From Bacteroidales bacterium (lineage in GTDB: Bacteria; Bacteroidota; Bacteroidia; Bacteroidales; FEN-979), in contig JAQWBQ010000011.1 of NCBI GenBank assembly GCA_028706295.1, forward strand, positions 10,506 to 74,505: a DNA stretch of 64,000 bases. Reading direction: 5' to 3'. Below, one piece after another: positions 8,343 to 18,184 of this stretch. Each line of letters begins with the position of its first letter. Position 1 is the stretch's first letter. The notes beneath the pieces were generated by a model. The model was not told where the DNA came from. It saw only the letters and a program-made list of their open reading frames with translations, and searched no databases. The position numbers were made by a program, and so were the translations under genes.

Positions 8343-11300
8343 CTATTCCTTTAATTTTCGAAGCAGATCCTCAACCTGCTGTTTCAAAAGTTCAATTTGT
8401 CTTTGTTGGTCCTCGATCATGGTTTGCTGTTCCTGGATTGCCTTTACCAAAGGTACTACCAATTGACCATAGGCAATCCCGTAGTTGTCGTTATCATCCC
8501 GGGGTATGTAAACACCATCAAAGTCATAACCAGCCTCCCTGGCTGCCTGCTCAACTTCCTGCCCGATAAAACCGCTGTGCCTGATGGAGGTCGAAGGGCT
8601 GAAATCCTTTTTATCGAGGTAAATTTTCTTTAGACTGTCGGGCAGATCTTTCGTGAGAAATTCGGTAAACCGGTAGGTGTCGAAATTGTAGACCACCGGG
8701 CGCAGTCTTTTGATGAATGTAAGCCCTTTTACATCCTCAGTGATATCAAACTTAAACCTTCCGTCTGACACTGCAACAAACGGCACCTGGCCTTCAATCG
8801 ATGTAATGTAGGCATCACCAATGCGCACCTTGTTCGAAGCATTCACCAGCGCCGCATCCCCCAAAGCCATACTGTTGCTGAGCGAAGCTGCACTTACATT
8901 GGCCCCGTGCCCCAAGGCGGTATTCCAGTTCCCGTTCGACGCTGCCAGGGCATCTTGTCCAACCGCAGTACAATTGCTGCCGGTCGTATTCAGGGACAAT
9001 GAATGCTGGCCAACTGCCGTGTTGTTGTCGCCCGACTGGTTAGCATACAGCGCTCCCTCTCCCTGGGCTGTGTTGTTCTCCCCATCCACATTGGCATACA
9101 GGCAATTGGATCCGGTTGCCGAATTTCTGGTTCCGAAGGTGTTGGCCTGTAACGCCTGCGCTCCAACCGCAGTGTTCAAACCGGAGGTGTTCAGGAATAA
9201 AGCATGAAAACCATACGCGCTATTGCTGTTGCCCGTCTGGTTGGCAGCCAGGGATGAGACGCCGGATGCAGTATTATAACTGCCCTGCGTGTTTAAATAG
9301 AGCGCATAGGTTCCCAATGCTGTATTTTCTTGGCCACTGTTATTTCCAAACAATGTTTGCAGCCCGACCGCCGTGTTGGAATAACCAGTTGTGTTCGCGT
9401 AGAGCGACTTTGAACCCACTGCCGTATTGTATTTTGCCTGATCACCCGAAGCGCCCGCTCCATTGTTATACAGGGCAGAATCTCCGACTGCCACCAGGTT
9501 GCTGTGGGTGTGGTTATTGTACAAAGACTTCGCTCCTACAGCTACATTACAGTGGCCAGTTCCGTTATAAAATAGAGATCGATATCCAATGGCTAAATTA
9601 CTATTACCCGAGGAGTTGGCAGCGAGAGCGTCATAACCACTAGCCATATTGAAATTTCCAGTAGAATTACCTGTTAGTGCATAATAACCAACAGCTGTAT
9701 TGTAATCTCCTTCCAAATTATTAGCAAGTGATGTATATCCAATGGCAGTATTTCCACTTCCTGAGGTAACGTTTAGGAGCGCCTGGCATCCAATGGCTGT
9801 ATTTTGAAATCCTGTGGTTTGACTATTAAGTGCTCTGGCTCCAATTGCAGTACTCGAATATCCCTCGGTGTTGTTCAAAAGAGCCTGAAATCCATTGGCT
9901 GTATTCCACCATCCCGAGGTGTTCGAATAAAGTGTTTTGGAGCCGACAGCGGTGTTGCCTGTGCCTGATCCATTGTTATACAGGGCCGAATCGCCGATTG
10001 CAACAAGATTGCTGCGATCGGTGTTATTGTAAAGTGACCGGAATCCGACCGCAGTATTTGAATAACCAGAGGTATTGGAAAACATATTTTCACTGCCGAT
10101 GGCCGTATTGTTCCTTCCTTGAATGTTGTGCGCCATAGCGCTATACCCATTGGCAGTATTGTTTGAACCGGTAACAGCGCCCAAGTTTCCCTCTAATGCA
10201 CCTCTTCCGGTAACTGTATTATTCGAGCCGGTCGTGTTATGGTGAAGAGCCCAGGCGCCTAAGGCGGTATTTCCAGTACCAATTGTATTATCTTTCAGAG
10301 AATAGGCGCCCATGGCTGTATTGTCATTTGAAAGATTGGATCTTAAAGTATATGCACCCATTGCCGTATTACTCCAACCGCTAAGATTAGAATATAATGC
10401 CGCCTTTCCAACAGCGCTATTATCAAATCCGATAGTATTGTTAAACAACGCTTTTGATCCAATTGCCGTATTCGAAGAACCAAACTGTAATTCGGAAGCG
10501 CCAATGCCATTGTTAAATAAAGCCGAATCTCCAACAGCCACCAGGTTTTTCCCGTTATTACCTGAAAACAGGGCACATACCCCGACTGCCACATTGGAAT
10601 AACCTGTTTGGTTCGATGAAAGTGCATTCTGCCCAACGACGGTATTTGAATTCCCGGTCGTATTGGCAAACATGGCCCCGCTTCCCAACACGGTGTTGTA
10701 TTGCCCCGTATTGTAAACTCCCGCATTTATACCGATGAAGTTGTTGTTTCCGGGACCATGGAATTCCATCCGGTTTCCGTCCAGCCGCATTTTTTCGTTC
10801 CCCGCTAAGGTGAACCGGATGATATCCTCATTAGGATATTTCTCCACCTCCACCTTTGTATCACCGTTGGAGTCCTTTAAGATACCAGAACTGGCCGCTG
10901 CCAGTTTCGCCCATGCCGTGCCGTTATAAAAGTAAATCGTCTGGTGGTCAGTACTAAAAACAAGCAATCCCGTTGCGGGTGATGCAATGGCGCTCATTTG
11001 GGCAGTGGTGACGCGGGGTATCAGCAGACCCTTGTCTGTTGATGAAACCTCCAGTGCTGCAGAATTTGCCGACGCCGTCGTTCCAATCCCAACATTTCCG
11101 GCATTGTAATATATGGACGTTCCACTCGTAATCCATTGGCTGGAGACTTTGCCATTAAACAGGTTCCAGTCCTCTGTGGTCAGATAGCCGCTGGTTGTTG
11201 CATTGGCTGCCACCATGAATCCATGTAAAACATTGTTCTCAATGACCAGCGTCAGGGGAGAGGAACCATTCACCGAGCTGATCCGGTTCGAATAGGCCGT

Positions 11301-11648
11301 ATTCCAGTTGTCGATCAGGGTTGCATTGATCCCATACGACGGATGGGCCAGGAAAACCGGGTCTGTTTCCGTAAAGGTCATCTCGTTGAATTTTTTCCAC
11401 ACCGTGCCGTTGAACCAATAAAGAGCCCCGGCAGAGGTGTTATAAACAAGTAAACCGTCGGGCGGCGATACCACGGCAGTCATCTGCTCAGTAGTCATTC
11501 GTGGAGGAAGCAATCCTCTTGTTGTCGATTTTACGTCGAGCATGGCGGCATTGTCGGGTAAGCTGTTATCGTGGTTGATTGCCACCTGACCGACGGCAAA
11601 AAGATTGACGGTAAGAATCAAAGAAAAAAATACAATTCCTTTTTTCAT
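8343..11648 (-). CDS. Large secreted tail-fibre-like repeat protein with a C-terminal peptidase S74 intramolecular-chaperone domain
   Basis: 1101-aa ORF with a signal peptide and two N-terminal 'LLPPRMTT.QM.A..SP..GLLVYNT....Y.YNGT.W.K' modules. About 600 aa follow of degenerate ~14-aa 'SNTA.G..AL..NT.G' repeats. The C-terminus ('DGRFKFDI..DVKGL..I..LRPV.Y.F...GFI.QEVE......YGI.Y.QL...L.KAIQE' plus a coiled-coil tail) resembles the S74/endosialidase chaperone domain. Confidence 0.7.
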   Translation of the reverse strand: MKKGIVFFSLILTVNLFAVGQVAINHDNSLPDNAAMLDVKSTTRGLLPPRMTTEQMTAVVSPPDGLLVYNTSAGALYWFNGTVWKKFNEMTFTETDPVFLAHPSYGINATLIDNWNTAYSNRISSVNGSSPLTLVIENNVLHGFMVAANATTSGYLTTEDWNLFNGKVSSQWITSGTSIYYNAGNVGIGTTASANSAALEVSSTDKGLLIPRVTTAQMSAIASPATGLLVFSTDHQTIYFYNGTAWAKLAAASSGILKDSNGDTKVEVEKYPNEDIIRFTLAGNEKMRLDGNRMEFHGPGNNNFIGINAGVYNTGQYNTVLGSGAMFANTTGNSNTVVGQNALSSNQTGYSNVAVGVCALFSGNNGKNLVAVGDSALFNNGIGASELQFGSSNTAIGSKALFNNTIGFDNSAVGKAALYSNLSGWSNTAMGAYTLRSNLSNDNTAMGAYSLKDNTIGTGNTALGAWALHHNTTGSNNTVTGRGALEGNLGAVTGSNNTANGYSAMAHNIQGRNNTAIGSENMFSNTSGYSNTAVGFRSLYNNTDRSNLVAIGDSALYNNGSGTGNTAVGSKTLYSNTSGWWNTANGFQALLNNTEGYSSTAIGARALNSQTTGFQNTAIGCQALLNVTSGSGNTAIGYTSLANNLEGDYNTAVGYYALTGNSTGNFNMASGYDALAANSSGNSNLAIGYRSLFYNGTGHCNVAVGAKSLYNNHTHSNLVAVGDSALYNNGAGASGDQAKYNTAVGSKSLYANTTGYSNTAVGLQTLFGNNSGQENTALGTYALYLNTQGSYNTASGVSSLAANQTGNSNSAYGFHALFLNTSGLNTAVGAQALQANTFGTRNSATGSNCLYANVDGENNTAQGEGALYANQSGDNNTAVGQHSLSLNTTGSNCTAVGQDALAASNGNWNTALGHGANVSAASLSNSMALGDAALVNASNKVRIGDAYITSIEGQVPFVAVSDGRFKFDITEDVKGLTFIKRLRPVVYNFDTYRFTEFLTKDLPDSLKKIYLDKKDFSPSTSIRHSGFIGQEVEQAAREAGYDFDGVYIPRDDNDNYGIAYGQLVVPLVKAIQEQQTMIEDQQRQIELLKQQVEDLLRKLKE

Positions 11649-11995
11649 GGTTGAAAAATTGATTGATAAAAATCCTGACTGAGTATGACTTATTAATTCA
11701 CATCTAAGTTAATACAATAAAAACCGATTTTACCTTCACCGGTCGAAATTTTACACCATTCATGGCTTAAACGTCTTTCAGTTTCCCACTAAAGAATAGT
11801 GATCAAAAAGAAAAGTATTGAACTGTACGCTTGTTCAGCTTTGCATGCGTACATGGCCACTGTCCTTCAAAACGAAAAGTCAATTCATTAAATGAACAGA
11901 ATGATTATATTTGAAAAATCAACAGTGGAAGGATGGAACAGGTATTGTTTTCATGCTTTTTTTGATTCGGAAATCGTATTTTTTTGACAAATAAT

Positions 11996-12688
11996 ATGAA
12001 CGGAAAATCAGCGAAATATACCCTTGGGCTGTTATTTTTCATCCTGTGTAGTCTGACCGTTTCCGGTCAAAAAACAGTTTTCAATCCAAAGGAGCTTGAT
12101 AGTAAGTTTGCCCAGATATGGAAAACCAGTGAGGCGACCCGGAAAAAATACACCTGGAAGGCCAGCACAGAGGTCATCCGTGACGGTAAGGTCATGCAGT
12201 TCCTCGTTGAAGAAATTTCCTACGGAGCCGATGGCAGGCAGATACGAAAAGTCATTAGTAACAGAGAAACCCCGCTTCCTTCGATTTTCCTGATTCGGAA
12301 GGTGGCAGAAGACCAGAAGGCAAAAATCGTCGCCTTCATGGGTGAACTTCGTTCGTTTCTTGAGAAATACGCGCTGGATGATGACGGCGTGAGGCGCTCT
12401 TTTTTTTCATCAGCCAACATGGGCGTACCCGACGCCAACGGACAGTTACTGGTTTCGGGTTCCGATGTCTTTGCCCGGGGCGACGAATTGAAATGGTGGA
12501 TCGACACCAGGTTTTACACCATCACGAGGGCGACGATTTCGACGACTTATAAAGGCGTCAGGGCTGAATTTTCAGCGAAGTATTATTTCCTGCCGGGCCT
12601 GAATTATATGGTTGAAGCCACGATCCGGATACCCTCGAAAGAGATGGTAATTAACCTGCGGTTTTACGATTTTGTACGGCAATTGTAG
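11996..12688 (+). CDS. Hypothetical secreted protein
   Basis: The ORF track starts at TTG 11984. The ATG at 11996 gives 'MNGKSAKYTLGLLFFILCSLTVSGQ', a plausible signal peptide. I recognise no family. Confidence 0.6.
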   Translation: MNGKSAKYTLGLLFFILCSLTVSGQKTVFNPKELDSKFAQIWKTSEATRKKYTWKASTEVIRDGKVMQFLVEEISYGADGRQIRKVISNRETPLPSIFLIRKVAEDQKAKIVAFMGELRSFLEKYALDDDGVRRSFFSSANMGVPDANGQLLVSGSDVFARGDELKWWIDTRFYTITRATISTTYKGVRAEFSAKYYFLPGLNYMVEATIRIPSKEMVINLRFYDFVRQL

Positions 12689-12758
12689 GGTATCCCCGGG
12701 TATTATCGGTACTGTTTTTCATGCAGGGATTTGAATGCTCATCATTCGGGTGAGCCGG

Positions 12759-12904
12759 TCAATGAATGATCACTTTATTGGCATAAACCGTCACGTCAAT
12801 CCCGGTTCTCAGAAAATAAAACCCCGGGGAAAGTTTGTCAACATCTGCTGAAAAATGAAGGGGGCCTGCTTCGGCGCAAGGCGAACATCCTGGAGTTCGT
12901 TTCC
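12759..12904 (-). pseudogene. Out-of-frame, N-terminally truncated remnant of a T9SS C-terminal sorting domain immediately after the sialidase stop
   Basis: A different frame from the sialidase reads '...AEAGPLHFSADVDKLSPGFYFLRTGIDVTVYANKVIIH*'. This matches the last strands of Por/T9SS CTDs (L.pG.YflR.....K.i). It has no independent start context. Confidence 0.4.
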
Positions 12905-14476
12905 CTATTCCTTCATGCCTGCCGGGAAGGTGAAGGTGTCGTTGCCATCGGTAAGCCATTCCAATGAAAATCGGGCGAAATAGAGCTGATACTCTTCAAA
13001 TTCCCCGTTCTCGTAAAAGCATCCGATGGTACCGTCGCTCAGAATGGTGAGGCTTGAATAACCCGAAGCATCGGGATTGATGACCTTCGACACGCCCCAG
13101 CTCTGGCCTTCATCATAACTGAGGAAGACCGTCAGATTTTTCCTGAGGATGGGATGTGAAGCCAGGCTGAAGAGCAGGCGGCTTTTGTCGTAACCATCGA
13201 GAATGGATGTGTACCTGATGAAATCCCCGTTCACGGCCGGATCGGGAAGGTCATACTGAAAATAGGGCGTTCCCCACGTATCCCCATGGTCCTTGCTGAC
13301 GACGATTTTCCGGCAATCCGGCGTCTTATTACGGATATTCATCATGAGGCTGCCCTTGTCCAACTCCACGATCTTGGCTTCATCGCCGGCCGGGGAGGCT
13401 TCGTCCGGTTTGTAATGCCATGTCAATCCCACGTCATCACTGTAGATCATAAAGTTGTCAATGGTAGTTCCGGAGCTCTTTCTTACTCCGACGGCCCCGA
13501 TGATCCTGCCGTCGCGCTGCTGATGCGCGTTGCCGGAGGCCAGCCAGGCCGCGTACCATCCCGGGACATAGATCTCCGGCGTATGTTCCACGGGCGGGCT
13601 CCAGGTGAGCCCGTTGTCGGCGCTGCGACAAACCTGGAACCGGATGGGATTGGCCGGTGTAGAGGCCATCAATCCCTGGTGGGAGGCGAACATGCACAAA
13701 AGGGAACCGGTGCTGCGGTCTTTCACAAGCGCCGGGTCGCTGGCGCCGTAGGATCCGAAATCGGCGATGGTCAGCGGTTCCGACCAGGTGTGCCCCATGT
13801 CGGCGCTCCGGCGTATACGGATGTCGATGTTGTTGGGCAGATCGCCTGCCCGTTCAATGCGGGCGTCGGCGGCCGTGACCAGGGTTCCGTCGTCAGCGGT
13901 TATGATTGCAGGGATCCGGTAGTTGACCGAACCATAATCCCCGCCCGAATAGAGCAGTTTGTGTTCCAGCATGATCAGCCGTTTTGATACAGCAGTTGCC
14001 GGAATGACCTGACAGACCTGACCGTCGACTTTCACCGAATCGACATTCCCCTGAAGAAAATGTCCTTCCGGAGCTCCGGGTAAAATTTTCACGGTGATCC
14101 GGAAATAGTTGTTCCCATCCGACAAAAGGCAATTTCCGGCAATTGTGATGGATCCCGGCATAACCGGGCCGGTTCCGAAAAGAGTTCCCCCGACCGGCCG
14201 GGGATTGGCGCCGGTGTACCAGATCCCGAGGCTGTCGAGATCGTTCAGGTCGGTGGTTCCGGTAAGGTTAAATGTAACGGAATTCAGCGAAACGGGATTT
14301 GCCGTATCCTGGGTTTGCACATTCAGCGAAACCACCCGTTCAGCCGGTTCCCCGCGTCCGGCCGGGATGGTGACTGCAATCACATTGCATTGTTTGAACA
14401 TCATGTCCGGCTGTGCCACCGCACCTTTCAGGATGCACAAAACAATCAGAAGCGCCGGTAATGATTTTGTTTTCAT
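12905..14476 (-). CDS. Exo-alpha-sialidase (GH33 family)
   Basis: 523-aa ORF with a signal peptide and the 'YRIPAI' (RIP) motif. Five Asp-box/BNR repeats are present: SADMGHTW, SADNGLTW, SDDVGLTW, SKDHGDTW, SYDEGQSW. An N-terminal non-catalytic domain precedes the beta-propeller. Confidence 0.85.
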   Translation of the reverse strand: MKTKSLPALLIVLCILKGAVAQPDMMFKQCNVIAVTIPAGRGEPAERVVSLNVQTQDTANPVSLNSVTFNLTGTTDLNDLDSLGIWYTGANPRPVGGTLFGTGPVMPGSITIAGNCLLSDGNNYFRITVKILPGAPEGHFLQGNVDSVKVDGQVCQVIPATAVSKRLIMLEHKLLYSGGDYGSVNYRIPAIITADDGTLVTAADARIERAGDLPNNIDIRIRRSADMGHTWSEPLTIADFGSYGASDPALVKDRSTGSLLCMFASHQGLMASTPANPIRFQVCRSADNGLTWSPPVEHTPEIYVPGWYAAWLASGNAHQQRDGRIIGAVGVRKSSGTTIDNFMIYSDDVGLTWHYKPDEASPAGDEAKIVELDKGSLMMNIRNKTPDCRKIVVSKDHGDTWGTPYFQYDLPDPAVNGDFIRYTSILDGYDKSRLLFSLASHPILRKNLTVFLSYDEGQSWGVSKVINPDASGYSSLTILSDGTIGCFYENGEFEEYQLYFARFSLEWLTDGNDTFTFPAGMKE

Positions 14477-14593
14477 GGGTAATCCATTCGCTGGTCAGGG
14501 TAGTTCAAAGCTATTAATATTTTTAGAAAATTAAATCGATAATACTGTTCCATTAAGAATCAGAACCTGAAATCGCTGATTAAGAAACAGGAA

Positions 14594-15960
14594 GTTTCAA
14601 TCCACGCCCACCACGAGGGGTGCGACCATATTCAGTTCGCAAGTTTTGCTTTACAACTGTTTCAATCCACGCACCCCTCGCGGGGTGCGACACGATCAAC
14701 TCGACAACATGGAAGCTGACGGGCGTTTCAATCCACGCACCCCTCGCGGGGTGCGACATCCGACGCCGGTTAAATACATGGGCCCGCCGGTGTTTCAATC
14801 CACGCACCCCTCGCGGGGTGCGACTTTTGCAGCGTCTTTTAATCCCAATGCCGCTTCACGGTTTCAATCCACGCACCCCTCGCGGGGTGCGACAAAACGG
14901 TGTTTTTACGGTTATGGTTTTCTTAAAGTTTCAATCCACGCACCCCTCGCGGGGTGCGACGCGAAGCGATCATAAAAACAGATGTACTGATTGCAGGTTT
15001 CAATCCACGCACCCCTCGCGGGGTGCGACACCGGACTGATTCGCTTTGGTTGACTTATTCTTCGTTTCAATCCACGCACCCCTCGCGGGGTGCGACGGAG
15101 CCGCTTCCGGGGTTCCGCCGTTGTTTTTTGTTTCAATCCACGCACCCCTCGCGGGGTGCGACTCTTTCGGCCGATGGATCCAGCTTACCGGAGTTGTTTC
15201 AATCCACGCACCCCTCGCGGGGTGCGACTCACAGGGAAAATCTGATAATTCTCTTTAAGGTGTTTCAATCCACGCACCCCTCGCGGGGTGCGACCGATTA
15301 CGCTTGTATTCGTTACCGCAATCCTTTGTTTCAATCCACGCACCCCTCGCGGGGTGCGACGTTGAGCGTCATCGAAGTTCGCCCGGCGGTATCGTTTCAA
15401 TCCACGCACCCCTCGCGGGGTGCGACACCAAATCAAACCCCAATAACCATGAAAACAATCGTTTCAATCCACGCACCCCTCGCGGGGTGCGACCAATAGT
15501 CGCAATTCGTTTTATGAGTATGAGAAGGTTTCAATCCACGCACCCCTCGCGGGGTGCGACAAAAAGCAAGGGAGCGCGTGGCATTGCACTACGAGTTTCA
15601 ATCCACGCACCCCTCGCGGGGTGCGACATAGTCCGGCCGAACGGAAAATAGTTTGAGGAGTTTCAATCCACGCACCCCTCGCGGGGTGCGACAATGAAGA
15701 TGATCCTGATACGGACTATACCGATGTTTCAATCCACGCACCCCTCGCGGGGTGCGACTCAGGTTAAGTCAAACAATCAAAACTAATAAGCCATGTTTCA
15801 ATCCACGCACCCCTCGCGGGGTGCGACGAGTTCTTTCCCTGTCTGCAGAGTATCGAGATAGGTTTCAATCCACGCACCCCTCGCGGGGTGCGACGCCTAT
15901 GCCGAGGCTGATGATGAAACCAGGAAGGTTTCAATCCACGCACCCCTCGCGGGGTGCGAC
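14594..15960 (-). CRISPR. Type I-C CRISPR array, 21 repeats of 33 nt and 20 spacers of 32-36 nt
   Basis: The plus-strand repeat is GTTTCAATCCACGCACCCCTCGCGGGGTGCGAC. Its minus-strand form, GTCGCACCCCGCGAGGGGTGCGTGGATTGAAAC, has the I-C hallmark ATTGAAAC 3' end and a 7-bp GCACCCC/GGGGTGC stem with a GCGA loop. Repeat starts are 14594, 14659, 14725, 14792, 14861, 14928, 14997, 15064, 15130, 15196, 15262, 15328, 15394, 15461, 15528, 15595, 15660, 15726, 15795, 15862 and 15928. The repeat farthest from cas2 (14594) has 4 mismatches, consistent with a trailer-end repeat. Confidence 0.97.
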
Positions 15961-16127
15961 TGTCAAACTATAAAATGTTAAAAAACAAATACATGTAAGC
16001 AGATTCCTGCGAACCTGGTTTTAAAAAATCTTTTTGCATTCAAAATCCCATCATAATTCACGTAAATGACTTATTATGAGGTGTTGCGAGTTCTCCGGAG
16101 TTTTACTGTTCACTCCAGGTTCGCGCA
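15961..16127 (-). promoter_or_regulatory. Putative CRISPR leader
   Basis: A 167-bp AT-rich non-coding stretch lies between the cas2 stop and the first perfect repeat. Orientation is inferred from the repeat polarity and the degenerate distal repeat. Confidence 0.6.
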
Positions 16128-16421
16128 TTAAACATATAGACAATCTGTTTCAGGATTGATAGATGATTTTGTTCCCACGTGCTCCACCTTGCCCGACCAT
16201 TTGGAACCTAAATGGTAAAACCGCAAACTATCCTTTTCTTTATCTATTACATCAATTAACCTGAATCTCAGTTCTGTAAATTGTCCCTGGTCCAAAACAC
16301 ACTCAAAAACTGAGTTTTGCACGCGCTGACCATAATCCTCACACATTTTAGCTACAGTCCTCAGGCGTTTCCTTCCTTTTCGATCCTGGGTCTCAACATC
16401 ATAGGTTATAAGTATCATCAT
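16128..16421 (-). CDS. cas2: CRISPR-associated endoribonuclease Cas2
   Basis: 97-aa ORF starting 'MMILITYDV...RLRTVAKMCEDYGQRVQNSVFEC', a typical Cas2 ferredoxin-fold N-terminus. It is adjacent to cas1 and the array. Confidence 0.9.
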   Translation of the reverse strand: MMILITYDVETQDRKGRKRLRTVAKMCEDYGQRVQNSVFECVLDQGQFTELRFRLIDVIDKEKDSLRFYHLGSKWSGKVEHVGTKSSINPETDCLYV

Positions 16422-16430
16422 ATCGTCACA

Positions 16431-17462
16431 CTATTTCACAATAAAAACAGGATAATTGTTCAGATCTCCTCTTAAATACCTGGCAAATAGTAATGCTTGT
16501 ACATAGGGTAATAATCCAATCGGGATTTCCTCATGCAAAAATGGATGGACGATTTTTTCCTGTTTTCGTTTTTGCCAGGCAGTAATTAATTCTTTCCGGG
16601 TATCGTCTTTCATTATTACATCGCCTGCATCAGTGTGTAAAAAACCATGTGAATTGATTTGCTTCCTGTTTATAAGCGAAAGAACAAGACGATCAGCAAG
16701 ATAAGGCCTGAATTCCTCCATCATATCCAGTGCGAGCGAGGGTCTGCCCGGCCTGTCACAATGTAAGAAACCGACATAAGGATCTAAACCAACAGTTTCA
16801 ATTGCTGATTGGATATCATGCATCAAAATGGTATAAACAAACGAGAGCATGGCATTGACATTATCCTTGGGTGGCCTCCTGTTTCGACCATGAAAAAAGA
16901 ATTCATCTTTTTGGCAAAGAATCATATGATCAAAGGAGGCAAAATATGCCAAAGCAGCTTCACCTTCGTATCCCCGGAGTTCATCTAAAGATGTAGCTCT
17001 GGAAATACTTTTCAACTTGTACTGAAGAACGGTGATTGACTCTTCCAATGCTTTGATATTCAATGATGGTCCGTGATCACGTATCACCCTTAGCAGGATT
17101 GACCGGCAATTGGATATCTTACCAAGAATAAAGATCCGTGAGATTGAAGTTATGGCCTCTTCCGAGTCTGCCTGACGATACTGTTTCCGTCGGAGTAGTA
17201 CATTCCCACTCACATTTCCCTGGAACCGTCCGATAAATTTGCCTGAGGGAGAAACGAAAGATAATCCGACATTCTTCTCGGCACACATTCCCATCAAACC
17301 GGGACTTGCTCCTAAATATCCAAAACAAACGATCCCTTCAATATTATGAATCGGTATTCTGAATTTTTCATTATCATTAACTTTAACAACCACATTCTCT
17401 CCATCTTTTGTCAGATAGGAATCGGGTGTTGTCACATATAGCGTATTCAGAAGTTTTCGCAT
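16431..17462 (-). CDS. cas1: CRISPR-associated endonuclease Cas1 (type I-C)
   Basis: 343-aa ORF starting 'MRKLLNTLYVTTPDSYL.KDGENVVV', with the Cas1 C-terminal alpha-helical region (GLDPYVGFLH). Its position between cas4 and cas2 fits. Confidence 0.9.
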   Translation of the reverse strand: MRKLLNTLYVTTPDSYLTKDGENVVVKVNDNEKFRIPIHNIEGIVCFGYLGASPGLMGMCAEKNVGLSFVSPSGKFIGRFQGNVSGNVLLRRKQYRQADSEEAITSISRIFILGKISNCRSILLRVIRDHGPSLNIKALEESITVLQYKLKSISRATSLDELRGYEGEAALAYFASFDHMILCQKDEFFFHGRNRRPPKDNVNAMLSFVYTILMHDIQSAIETVGLDPYVGFLHCDRPGRPSLALDMMEEFRPYLADRLVLSLINRKQINSHGFLHTDAGDVIMKDDTRKELITAWQKRKQEKIVHPFLHEEIPIGLLPYVQALLFARYLRGDLNNYPVFIVK

Positions 17463-17488
17463 AGATTGTAATCATCAGTAAAAAATAA

Positions 17489-18175
17489 TCATTGATAGTC
17501 CCGGGGAAATATTTCATTCAGGTATTGGTCAACATCAGTACCACCTTCCGAAGCCTTTGGCAGGCAAACATCCATCAGCGAGCACGATCTGCAATGCGCC
17601 ATAAAAACAGCCGGTGGCGTTTTCCCGGTATCAAAAAGTTCATGCATTCTTTTCGAAAATGAACAAACCAGTGATCGAAGTTGTATAGAGAATTCAACTT
17701 CATGCCGGTGTCGGGTTTCACCATAATAAAGAAATCCGATTTCAATCTGAATTCCATACATCTCTTCCAAACACATAGCTTGAGCACAAAGTTGCACCTC
17801 GTCACGCTCATCGGATTTGGGCTTTCCTCTTTTATACTCCACAGGCACCATCTCCCAATACCCTTGCCTTCCATCAATAAAAACAGATTTTTTCTTATCC
17901 CCCTTGAACGATCTTGTAAGCTCAACAACATCTGCCCGACCATATAATCCTAATGTGTATGAAATCAGAGGTACTGCTCGGAGCGTGTTTGTATTCGCTC
18001 TCAAATCTTGTTCCATTGGATCGTCCACTTTTTTATGCAGGAACTGGCCTTCGACAGTTAATTTGTTTTCCAACCATTGCTGTTCTACATGGATAAGCGC
18101 CCATTGTCGTTCGCAAAAGGCGATATGCTGAATGCCTGACAGCATCAACAGATCCTCATCCTTAAACAGGTCCAT
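17489..18175 (-). CDS. cas4: CRISPR-associated exonuclease Cas4
   Basis: 228-aa ORF with an N-terminal Cys (AFCERQW) and a C-terminal 'CRSCSLMDVC' cluster typical of the Cas4 Fe-S site. A RecB-like 'D..E.K' core (ADVVEL...VEYKRGK) is present. Confidence 0.88.
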   Translation of the reverse strand: MDLFKDEDLLMLSGIQHIAFCERQWALIHVEQQWLENKLTVEGQFLHKKVDDPMEQDLRANTNTLRAVPLISYTLGLYGRADVVELTRSFKGDKKKSVFIDGRQGYWEMVPVEYKRGKPKSDERDEVQLCAQAMCLEEMYGIQIEIGFLYYGETRHRHEVEFSIQLRSLVCSFSKRMHELFDTGKTPPAVFMAHCRSCSLMDVCLPKASEGGTDVDQYLNEIFPRDYQ

Positions 18176-18184
18176 GGTTAATGA

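Noticed and set aside
14627-15927. Possible self-targeting spacers against the rest of the window, for example the AT-rich blocks
   Set aside because: A visual comparison of the 20 spacers found no match elsewhere in the window. This cannot be exhaustive without a search, so no claim is made.
14580-15973. About a dozen 60-180-aa ORFs on both strands with recurring peptides such as 'FQSTHPSRGAT', 'SIHAPLAGCD' and 'TPRGVRGLK'
   Set aside because: They are translations of the 33-nt CRISPR repeat in different frames. Their periodicity follows the array exactly, so they are not genes.
16009-16124. 10-bp perfect inverted repeat (GCGAACCTGG ... CCAGGTTCGC) bracketing about 96 bp of the CRISPR leader next to the cas2 stop
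   Set aside because: A 10-bp inverted repeat within 100 bp is expected several times by chance in 64 kb (roughly 64000 x 100 / 4^10). There is no supporting feature such as a U-tract or known leader motif.
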